Of a stretch of 64,000 bases of DNA, positions 38,101 through 50,154 are shown in pieces. The position numbers and the translations under genes were made by a program. This stretch comes from Octopus bimaculoides (lineage: Eukaryota), in the NCBI RefSeq assembly GCF_001194135.2, contig NC_068981.1, positions 1,097,146 to 1,161,145 on the forward strand. The letters are read 5' to 3'. Within the stretch, counting starts at the first letter, position 1. Each line of letters begins with the position of its first letter. The notes under the pieces were generated by a model. That model did not search any database, was not told the origin of the DNA, and saw only the letters and a list, made by a program, of their open reading frames with translations.

Positions 38101-41100
38101 CTCTTCTCTTCCTCACATTTCCTCCTTCAAGCACTATGCCTGGCTCTCACTCCCCGATCCTGTCCTCCCAGCCCCGTTTCTCTGTATCCTTGCTATTCGG
38201 TACCCACCGATCCACCACCAACACTCTCCATATACCCAGGTTTACACCACTCACTTCCCCTCTGCACTCTCTAATCACACTTCTTTGGCGATATCCTACT
38301 ACTTATATTTATTTCTTTATTGATCACAAGGGGCTAAACAAAAAGGGGACAAACAAGGATAGACAAAGGGATTAAGTCAATTACATCGACCCTAGTGCAT
38401 AACTGGTATTTATTTAATCAACCCCGAAAGGATGAAAGGCAAAGTCGACCTCGGCGGAATTTGAACTCAGAACATAAAGACAAACGAAATACCGCTAAGC
38501 ATTTCGCCTGGCGTGCTAACATTTCTTATTTCTTTATTGCCCAGAAGGGGCTAAACATAGAGGGGACAAACAAGGACTGACAAAGGGATTAAGTCAATTA
38601 CATCAACCCCAGTGCGTAACTGGTACTTAATTTATTGACCCCGAAAGGATGCTGCCTTGGAATTCCTTCTTTGGGATAGTGAGCAGCTGCCTCATCGCAT
38701 TCTCTTGGATTTCCTCAATGTCTAGAAATTGTGTTCCTTTCAAGTGGGATTTGATCTTAGCTTTGGTTTCGAGGTTATAGCTGTAGAATAAGCACAAGGT
38801 TTAAAAAAATAATAATAAAACAAAACAATAAGTCCTGGTGTTGATTCATTTGTGTAAAGATTCTTCAAGGCTATGCCCCAGCATGGCCACGGTCTAAAGA
38901 CTGAAACAAGTAAAAGACAAAACAGTAGCTTACCAGATATTGATCCCAGAAGAATATTGCTCTTAATGTGATTGTAAACATAATCATAACTTTGGGGTTT
39001 TAATGGGGAACCTGTTGACAGAATCATTCTGAGGGCTTTCAGGTTGTGTGTTTCAGCTGCAATATAAAAAAAAAATACAAATTTCATCTTAAAACAACAC
39101 ATTTAATTATTTACAGGAATCCGATGCATTAAAAATTATAAACACATCATAAATGCACACATCTGACTGACTGTCTGTGTCTGAAGCTTTTTAAAGTGAC
39201 GAAGGGCCTTGTACAAGGCCAACCCCACTCTCTGAAATAATGTATACATTTGCCCCCAAAGAAGACCCGGTCTGCATCATCGGATGCAAAGTCACAGGGG
39301 TTACTTTCAGAGTTTTCCTTCTAGAGAAATGTTTAAATAAAGATTAGGGTCTCTCAGCAATTGTATGAGACTTGATTTTTTTTAACATAGGTAAAAAGCA
39401 CCCATGTTGGCACCATGTAAAAAGCACCTGTGTTAGTTCTACCTAAAGAGCACCAAATCCACTCTGTAAAGTGGTTGGCATTAGGAAGGGCATCCAGACA
39501 CAGAAACCATGCCAGATCAGATGATTAGCGTCTGGTGTAGTTCTCCAGCTTGCCAACTGCGGTCAAACCATTCAATCTATGCCAGTTTGGAAAATGGACA
39601 TTAAATGACGACGATGATGATGGTGATGATACAGTTCTATATTTGAGAGATGAGGAATTATGTACATTATTTACATTTGACGGATATTTGTCCTCATCTT
39701 GTTTGTTGTTAACACAAAGTTTCGGCTGATATACCCTCCAGCCTTCATCAGGTATCTTGGGGGAATTTCGAACCTGGGTTCTCATTCCTAAGGTATTTTT
39801 CGATGTTGTTATTCAGGTCACTGCCTGGAAGCAAACTTGGAATCTTGGGGTTAGTAGCCCGTGCTCTTAACCACTTCGCCATGTACTCGTGGGCACAGGA
39901 AAAACGCAAATTTTCAGCACATTTCAAACTATTTAACCCCCAACCCCTGTTCCTCTGTATTATAGGCGTAGGAGTGGCTGTGTGGTAAGCAGCTTGCTTA
40001 CCGACCACATGGTCCCGAGCTCAGTCCCACTGCGTGGCACCTCGGGCAAGTGTCTACTACTATAGCCTCGGGCCGACCAAAGCCTTGTGCGTGGATTTGG
40101 TAGACGGAAACTGAAAGAAGCCCGTCGTATATATATATGTATGTGTGTATATGTTTGTGTGTTTGTGNNNNNNNNNNNNNNNNNNNNNNNNNNNNNNNNN
40201 NNNNNNNNNNNNNNNNNNNNNNNNNNNNNNNNNNNNNNNNNNNNNNNNNNNNNNNNNNNNNNNNNNNNNNNNNNNNNNNNNNNNNNNNNNNNNNNNNNNN
40301 NNNNNNNNNNNNNNNNNNNNNNNNNNNNNNNNNNNNNNNNNNNNNNNNNNNNNNNNNNNNNNNNNNNNNNNNNNNNNNNNNNNNNNNNNNNNNNNNNNNN
40401 NNNNNNNNNNNNNNNNNNNNNNNNNNNNNNNNNNNNNNNNNNNNNNNNNNNNNNNNNNNNNNNNNNNNNNNNNNNNNNNNNNNNNNNNNNNNNNNNNNNN
40501 NNNNNNNNNNNNNNNNNNNNNNNNNNNNNNNNNNNNNNNNNNNNNNNNNNNNNNNNNNNNNNNNNNNNNNNNNNNNNNNNNNNNNNNNNNNNNNNNNNNN
40601 NNNNNNNNNNNNNNNNNNNNNNNNNNNNNNNNNNNNNNNNNNNNNNNNNNNNNNNNNNNNNNNNNNNNNNNNNNNNNNNNNNNNNNNNNNNNNNNNNNNN
40701 NNNNNNNNNNNNNNNNNNNNNNNNNNNNNNNNNNNNNNNNNNNNNNNNNNNNNNNNNNNNNNNNNNNNNNNNNNNNNNNNNNNNNNNNNNNNNNNNNNNN
40801 NNNNNNNNNNNNNNNNNNNNNNNNNNNNNNNNNNNNNNNNNNNNNNNNNNNNNNNNNNNNNNNNNNNNNNNNNNNNNNNNNNNNNNNNNNNNNNNNNNNN
40901 NNNNNNNNNNNNNNNNNNNNNNNNNNNNNNNNNNNNNNNNNNNNNNNNNNNNNNNNNNNNNNNNNNNNNNNNNNNNNNNNNNNNNNNNNNNNNNNNNNNN
41001 NNNNNNNNNNNNNNNNNNNNNNNNNNNNNNNNNNNNNNNNNNNNNNNNNNNNNNNNNNNNNNNNNNNNNNNNNNNNNNNNNNNNNNNNNNNNNNNNNNNN

Positions 41101-41137
41101 NNNNNNNNNNNNNNNNNNNNNNNNNNNNNNNNNCGAG

Positions 41138-41234
<97 letters not shown>

Positions 41235-44200
41235 TGATAGGAACAAGAAAAGAGATAAAAAGCGAGAGTAAATGAAGAGAGCCAGAAAGGAGATGTGATT
41301 GTAGCAGGAATATTTGGCAGTCCCTAAATATCTAGAAAATTGAATCTGGATCACTATATTTGATGCAAAAACAACTAAACAACAACAATGAAATTCACCA
41401 ACTACTGCTGATGTTACTAAAAAAGTGACCACTCTGGCACACTGGTAAAGAGGATCTTATCAGCAAGTTGTTTTTTTGAGGCTTGATAAATAAAACTTAC
41501 TCTTGCCATTAAACAAAAGAGCAGAGTGTGTAGGCAGTAATGGCATGCACTTGTCTGTAGAACTCAAGGCTGCCACTGATGACAAAGGCAGCAATGACAA
41601 CAAAACACCACCTGACAACAATATGTGATTATTCATTATCATTATTTCGATTGCACTTAAGTGTTCTTACCTGGTTTTAAACCTTTTTCTTCTATCAAAG
41701 AGAGCCATTTTGCACCAGTGCCAAAGATGGTGATACTGAAAAAGAAAAGTGTAGCTATTATATCTGCAAGTTAGTTTTTGTTTGTGGCAGATGTTCAGGT
41801 GCAATAAAGACTGTAAACAAACAGGAAACAACTTCTATCTCATTTCAGGGTGAAAAACTAGAGGCAGTCGATAACTTCCGCTATCTGGGCGACCAAGTTA
41901 GTAGTGGGGGTGGGTGCGCTGAAAGTGTAGCTGCTAGAATAAGAATAGCCTGGGCAAAGTTTAGAGAGCTCTTACCCCTGCTGGCGACAAAGGGACTCTC
42001 ACTCAGAGTAAAAGGCAGACTGTATGACGCATGCGTACGAACAACCATGCTACATGGCAGTGAAACATGGGCTGTAACTGCTGAGGACATACGTAAGCTC
42101 GNNNNNNNNNNNNNNNNNNNNNNNNNNNNNNNNNNNNNNNNNNNNNNNNNNNNNNNNNNNNNNNNNNNNNNNNNNNNNNNNNNNNNNNNNNNNNNNNNNN
42201 NNNNNNNNNNNNNNNNNNNNNNNNNNNNNNNNNNNNNNNNNNNNNNNNNNNNNNNNNNNNNNNNNNNNNNNNNNNNNNNNNNNNNNNNNNNNNNNNNNNN
42301 NNNNNNNNNNNNNNNNNNNNNNNNNNNNNNNNNNNNNNNNNNNNNNNNNNNNNNNNNNNNNNNNNNNNNNNNNNNNNNNNNNNNNNNNNNNNNNNNNNNN
42401 NNNNNNNNNNNNNNNNNNNNNNNNNNNNNNNNNNNNNNNNNNNNNNNNNNNNNNNNNNNNNNNNNNNNNNNNNNNNNNNNNNNNNNNNNNNNNNNNNNNN
42501 NNNNNNNNNNNNNNNNNNNNNNNNNNNNNNNNNNNNNNNNNNNNNNNNNNNNNNNNNNNNNNNNNNNNNNNNNNNNNNNNNNNNNNNNNNNNNNNNNNNN
42601 NNNNNNNNNNNNNNNNNNNNNNNNNNNNNNNGGCACATAAAAGACACCATTTCGAGCGTGGCCGTTTTCATGCGGGTGACACGTAAAAGCACCCACTACA
42701 CTCTCTGAGTGGTTGGCGTTAGGAAGGGCATCCAGCTGTAGAAACTCTGCCAAATCAGACTGGAGCCTGGTGTTGCCATCCAGTTTCACCAGTCCTCAGT
42801 CAAATCGTCCAACCCATGCTAGCATGGAAAGCGGACGTTAAACGATGATGATGATGATGATGATATTAACTAGGAAAAACTAAAAACATTTAAATGTTTT
42901 TCATTGGAGCAGTTTATTCAAACTGGTCAAATTTTCTTTGGTAACAATAAAACCAACATCTATTGTACAATAGAGTTGTTCTATTACATAGCCAGGTCAC
43001 AGTTTCAACCAACAGTCAAAAGCTATCATCAGGAATTCCCTCTATAAACTGGTCGGCATTAGGAAGGGCTTCAATCCATAGAAACCTTGCCAAAACAGAC
43101 AATTGGACCCTGGTGCAGCTCTCTGGTTTGCCAGATCCTATCAAACCACAGCATGCCGGGAAAAAATGCTTAGCGGTATTTCGTCTGTCTTTACATTCTG
43201 AGTTCAAATTCTGCTGAGGTCAATTTTGCCTTTCATCCTTTCGGGGTCGATAAATTAAGTACCAGTTGTGTACTGGGTGCCAATCTAATCGAGTGGTCCC
43301 CTCCTCCAAAATTTCGGGCCTTGTACCTAAAGTAGAAAATAATTAAATAAGGTGATAGATGTGATTAATTTCTGAAACTTACCCGATATTATCAATTAAA
43401 TCCCACAATACATTTGGGTGTGGCATCAGCGGAGAACCATCATAGAGAACAATTGCAGAACCTAATGCCAGAGTAGAAACCAACCAATTCCACATCATCC
43501 AACCAGCCTAAAGAACAAGGAAGAAAGATAAGGAAATGATCAAGAAGAAATCTACAGATATAAATTGAACATCACACAAGTGTTCATCTGTCAGGGTGAC
43601 AAGGAGCATCAGTCATCATGACAGATGACTGATGACTTATGCAATGACTGTTTAAAGTGAAGAAAAGTTGCAGTCTTCTTTCTCATCAACTGTCAATCTT
43701 ACTCTCTTATCTGTGACCATCTTCGATCCAGTTGCAAGACCAGGTCAAGATGACTGAAGACAGAGATAGCCACAGTGGATGACCAGGATGTCTTACTTTT
43801 GCCACATCTCGCTCTCTGCATTCTACAATGCATGGCTGCAAACACCTTCCTATTCTTTAAACCATGAAGGCTTCTCGTGCACAGTTCACTGGATCCAGTC
43901 TTCACATGCATAGGTAGGGAAGCCCTAATATGCTAATTAACCAATAGCTGGGACCCAGAAGAAATATTACTAATCCAAATCAGAGTAGACCTGGGATCAA
44001 TAATGGTCAAGAAGTGGTTCTACATTCTGCAAAATCTTGGAATTCTTGTACCAGGGGCCCCACTACTGGTTGCAGTTTAAAGTCATTCACACCAAGGATA
44101 TATCTTGAATATAAACAATAAACAATAAACAGGCACAAAGAAATCAGGCATTAATAAACTGAGAGGAGGTGAATCTACTTGCTGTTGTATAGTAGAACAT

Positions 44201-46770
44201 GATGTCATCTTGGGTCATATTACTTTGAAGGCTGTGTTCTTCCAAATGTTTCAACAGTGTTCCCTAAAATAAAACAGTTATGAGATAGTGTGGGATTAAC
44301 TCAAAACAAACTGACTGAACAAGAATTACATTTGACAGAATAGTCTGAATGCTAAAGGACTGAAGCTGGTTATTGGAACATTTGGAAAAGTTTAGCTTAC
44401 CCCAGCAGAGTGGACAATACATTTTGGAGGCCCAGTGGTTCCTGAAGAATACATAATGAACAATGGGTGTTTGAAAGGCAGTTGTTCAAATTGTAGTGGA
44501 GGCACGCCATTATCATTATCGTTTGTTGCTGATTGTAAGAAATCTTCAACAAGGCAGCTGGAGAAAACAATATTGAGATTCAGTAATTGTTGGCTAACAT
44601 CGCATTTAATAAGATGTTAGGACTAAAGAATAGGGACAACAGGTCCAACAGATTGTTAGGATAACTGTTAATGATATTTTAAAAAGAGCTTTAAGCAATG
44701 CAGGTGAGTAGTTAGGCAAAATATGTAACATGATACCAATAAATGAAGACAAAGACATGATATTGTATTGTTTTACACAAGTTGTTTAATGCATCTATTA
44801 TATTTCGGGAAAGATTTCCCTTATCAAATTTAAGAAAGAAAATAATCCAAGAATTTTGCAGAACATTATTACAGGCAGGCCACAACATACCAGAATAGCC
44901 TGCTGATAGTAACACTATAATATTTTTTTTCTCTAAACTCTTGGATAAAGGGAAGATTTCCTGAAATATAACAGAAGCATTAAACAACTTATGTAGAGCG
45001 ATACAATATCTTGTCTTTGTCTTTATTTATTGGCATCACTTTACGTATTTTGCTTAACTTCTCACCTGCACAGCTTAAAGGTACTTTTATCATTTACAAA
45101 CTGCAAAACCTTAAGGAAATTACAAATGTTAGAAAATACTAAATAAGATAAGAGAAACGCATTTAGTGCAGGGAATACTCTGTCAGAATGCCTTCCTTCT
45201 ATGCAACAGATCCATGGATGACAATCTTACTGCTACAAAGAAGAAACATTGAGAGAAGTTCAGGTGTCACTTCAAAACCTAAGTTATCAGTCTCACCTTG
45301 TATATTATAACATGCAAAACTTCTTATCTCTGGATTTGTTTATCATATGTAGAGCTCTTATATAGAGATTATAGCTCTTGGTTAAGTGTAAATCGCTCTT
45401 GGTTAAGTGTAAATCACTCTTTGTAAATCAATGTTTTACTCACATTTTTATCAAGTATTGTTTATTTTTTGCTGTTGTTGTTTCGTGGTTTCTGTTATAT
45501 GAACAACAAGTGGCCCTTGACATCATACAAGCAATTTGACTTTGATACCATACCGTTGTCAATTTGTCCTTGACACCAAACGGGCAATTTGACCTTTGCA
45601 ATTAATGCACCCTTTTATTCCTTGTTTTGCCTGTTTTGCTTGAATGTTCATTTTTCTGAGCTAGTATGGGTTAGACAAATGCATCATCAAGGTATTGTTT
45701 TACACTCAGATGGCATTACTGTTGCTAACCCTTACCTGTTCAGTAAAGGGTCTCTTAATTCACATACCTTTGAAGGTGCAGAGCCAACAGGTGAGTTGCT
45801 GACAGCAGAAATAGCAACAACAATATCACTGCTTGTAGCTTTTGGATACAAAAAAACCCCAAAAAACTGAAGTCTGCTCATGTGGGATCTTTGGAGAAGT
45901 GTAATTGGTTGGTTTTAGGGTCCCAGTAAACACTTCTCTCAGGTGCCATACAGTGGAACTGAACCTGAAACTATGTGACTGGGAAGAAAGCTTCTTAACT
46001 CTACAGCCATGTCTGCATAATAACCTATTGTGATTGGTTGTAATTATGCAGTGGAAGTAAAATATAAATGAAATGAAACATATATATATATTCTTTTAGT
46101 CTTTTACTTGTTTCAGTCATCTAGACTGCTGCCATGCTGGAGCACCGCCTTTGGTCAAATAAATCAACCCCAGGACTTATTCTTTGTAAGCCTAGTACTT
46201 ATTCTATCGGTCTCTTTTTGCCGAACTGCTAAGTAATGGGGGACGTAAACACACCAACATCNNNNNNNNNNNNNNNNNNNNNNNNNNNNNNGGGGGGGGG
46301 GGACAAGCACAGACACAAATACATACATACACTTACACACACACACATATACAACAGGCTTCTTTCAGTTTCCGTCTACCAAATCCATTCACAAGGCTTT
46401 GGTTGGCCTGAAACTATAGTAGAAGACACCTGCCCAAGGTGCCATGCAGTGGGACTGAACCCGGAACCATGTGGTTGGGAAGCAAGCTTCTTACCACACA
46501 GCCACTCCTGCACCTATATATATATATCTCATTATCATCGTCGTGTAACGTCTGCTTTCCATGTTGGCTGAGAATTCGTAAGCCAGGAGGCTGCACCAGG
46601 CTCCAACCTGATTTGGCAAGGTTTCTACAGATGGATGCTCTTCCTATCGCCAACCACTCCAAGAGTGTAGTGGATGCTTTTTATGTGCCACCGGTATTGG
46701 AGCCAGTCAGGTAGCACTAGCATTGATCACAACTGAACGGTGCTTTTTGCGTGCCAGTCAGGCGGCATTG

Positions 46771-46806
<36 letters not shown>

Positions 46807-47982
46807 GCACATATACATTCATGGTGTGTCTGCAACAGAAATATTAACAAACAACAAAGGTATCAAATGCATTTTCTATAGCACACACATATACGGTACA
46901 TCCTAATATATTTAAAGACAGCCTTTGGATATCAGCAAACAACACAGCTCATCCTATGACAAGCAAAATGAAAAAGGAAACAAAACGACAATATTNNNNN
47001 NNNNNNNNNNNNNNNNNNNNNNNNNNNNNNNNNNNNNNNNNNNNNNNNNNNNNNNNNNNNNNNNNNNNNNNNNNNNNNNNNNNNNNNNNNNNNNNNNNNN
47101 NNNNNNNNNNNNNNNNNNNNNNNNNNNNNNNNNNNNNNNNNNNNNNNNNNNNNNNNNNNNNNNNNNNNNNNNNNNNNNNNNNNNNNNNNNNNNNNNNNNN
47201 NNNNNNNNNNNNNNNNNNNNNNNNNNNNNNNNNNNNNNNNNNNNNNNNNNNNNNNNNNNNNNNNNNNNNNNNNNNNNNNNNNNNNNNNNNNNNNNNNNNN
47301 NNNNNNNNNNNNNNNNNNNNNNNNNNNNNNNNNNNNNNNNNNNNNNNNNNNNNNNNNNNNNNNNNNNNNNNNNNNNNNNNNNNNNNNNNNNNNNNNNNNN
47401 NNNNNNNNNNNNNNNNNNNNNNNNNNNNNNNNNNNNNNNNNNNNNNNNNNNNNNNNNNNNNNNNNNNNNNNNNNNNNNNNNNNNNNNNNNNNNNNNNNNN
47501 NNNNNNNNNNNNNNNNNNNNNNNNNNNNNNNNNNNNNNNNNNNNNNNNNNNNNNNNNNNNNNNNNNNNNNNNNNNNNNNNNNNNNNNNNNNNNNNNNNNN
47601 NNNNNNNNNNNNNNNNNNNNNNNNNNNNNNNNNNNNNNNNNNNNNNNNNNNNNNNNNNNNNNNNNNNNNNNNNNNNNNNNNNNNNNNNNNNNNNNNNNNN
47701 NNNNNNNNNNNNNNNNNNNNNNNNNNNNNNNNNNNNNNNNNNNNNNNNNNNNNNNNNNNNNNNNNNNNNNNNNNNNNNNNNNNNNNNNNNNNNNNNNNNN
47801 NNNNNNNNNNNNNNNNNNNNNNNNNNNNNNNNNNNNNNNNNNNNNNNNNNNNNNNNNNNNNNNNNNNNNNNNNNNNNNNNNNNNNNNNNNNNNNNNNNNN
47901 NNNNNNNNNNNNNNNNNNNNNNNNNNNGGTTGTCAAATGATGCTGGGGGGACAAACACAGGCACAAACATATACACACATAC

Positions 47983-48022
<40 letters not shown>

Positions 48023-48780
48023 GATGGGCTTTTTTCAGTTTCCGTCTACCAAATCCACTCACAAGGCTTTGGTCGGCCTGAGGCTATAGTGGAAGACACT
48101 TGCCCAAGGTGCCACGCAGTGGGACTGAACCCACAACCATGTGGTTGGTAAGCAAGCTACTTACCACACAGCCACTCCTGCGCCTATATTATATATTTTT
48201 TCAGAATGGTGAAACTTGAAGCAGATAAAGCTATAAATAATGGCATATAAATATTGGGTTAAAAAAAAACCTTTTGGATAGACAAAAGTTGAAGGCTGCT
48301 CATGTGTGCCGTCAACAATATATATGAGGTATGGTGGGATCATGGGAAGGCTAACACTGAAGGCAAACTTTATATACAGCAGGTGCACAGGGGTAATAAT
48401 TAATAAAGGGACACATGAAACAGACTCTTTCCAACTCTCTGGAAGTAATTGACAGCTTCTGTTACTTAGGGGCCCCTAGTTAGCAGTGTGTTTGTGGGGA
48501 GGTGTTCTGAAAGCTTAGTAGCCAGAGTAAGAGCTGCTGGCTGGAAAAATGTGTGATCCTTGACCAAGCTAAGAGAGCAGTGACCTGTCCAACTGATGAC
48601 AGGATTGAATGTGGAAGTAAAACAATGACGATGATATATACCCAAATGTAATCAGATGAAAATGTACCAGTTGATGATGATGATGATGTGTCCTCAAAAT
48701 AAACATGTTCCCTTTATGATGTCTTCTACTATAGCCCCAGGATGACTAAAGCCTAATGAGAGGATTTGGGAGATGCAAGT

Positions 48781-48811
<31 letters not shown>

Positions 48812-50123
48812 CATCCAAATGTGGTCGATGCCNNNNNNNNNNNNNNNNNNNNNNNNNNNNNCCTCTGAATCGCTCCTGTGCCAGTAGCATGTAAAAGGCA
48901 CCATCCGAACGTGGTTGATGCTAGTCCCCTCCCCACCGACCCGACTGGCTCTTGTGCCGGTAGCGTGTAAAAAGCACCCACTACACTCTCGGGGTGGTTG
49001 GCTTTAGGAAGGGCATCCAGCTTTAGAAACATCTGCAGGGTGGTTGCAGAAACTCTGCAGGGTGGTTGGTGGTAGGAAGGGCATCCAGTTGTAGAAACCA
49101 TTACAAAACAAACACAGAAGTCTGGTGCAACTCTCCAGCTTACCAACTCCTGTCAAACTGTCCAACCCATGCCAGCATGGAAGATGGACGTTAAATGATG
49201 ATGATGATGATACACATACACACAAATGTATGTGTGTGAATGAGAAGGGAGAGCGTGTGAGTGAAAGCGTGTGAGTGAGAGCATGTGAGTGAGAGCGTGA
49301 GTGAGAGCATGTGAATGAGAGCAAGTGAGTGAGAGTATGTGAGTGAGAGCATGTGAGTGAGAGTGTGTGAGTGAGAGCGTGTGAGTGAGAGCATGTGAGT
49401 GAGAGCGTGAGTGAGAGCGTGTGAGTGAGAGCATGTGAGTGAGAGCATGTGATTGAGAGCATGTGAGTGAGAGCGTGTGAGTGAGAGCATGTGAGTGAGA
49501 GCATGTGAGTGAGANNNNNNNNNNNNNNNNNNNNNNNNNNNNNNNNNNNNNNNNNNNNNNNNNNNNNNNNNNNNNNNNNNNNNNNNNNNNNNNNNNNNNN
49601 NNNNNNNNNNNNNNNNNNNNNNNNNNNNNNNNNNNNNNNNNNNNNNNNNNNNNNTGTGTGAGTGAGAGCGTGTGAGTGAGAGCATGTGAGTGAGAGCGTG
49701 AGTGAGAGCGTGTGAGTGAGAGCATGTGAGTGAGAGCATGTGATTGAGAGCATGTGAGTGAGAGCGTGTGAGTGAGAGCATGTGAGTGAGAGCATGTGAG
49801 TGAGAGCATGTGAGTGAGAGCGTGTGAGTGAGAGCATGTGAGTGAGAGCGTGTGAGTGAGAGCGTGTGAGTGAATGAGTGTACCCTTGTCCTTGGTATCA
49901 CCCAAGGGTTGTAAATGCCTAACTTCATTATCTTCATTACACATGCAACGTCATTCACTTGCAATCTCCTATGTAAAACAATCTCCTGCACCATTAGGAA
50001 AATATTACTTTGCTCAGAAACAAGTAAGAGTTGGTGACAGGAAGAGCATCCAACTGAAGAAAATCTGGTTCAACAAATTCTGTTTGCTTCATGCACGCAT
50101 AACAAAAGTGAACATTAAAACAG

Positions 50124-50154
<31 letters not shown>

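Noticed and set aside
45735-45830. Minus-strand segment with the phases needed for the missing AACS exon (a similar case lies at ~52612..52660)
   Set aside because: Translations ([10 protein letters not shown].., [10 protein letters not shown]..) have no similarity to the expected LPDLxKVVVIP segment and the acceptors are poor.
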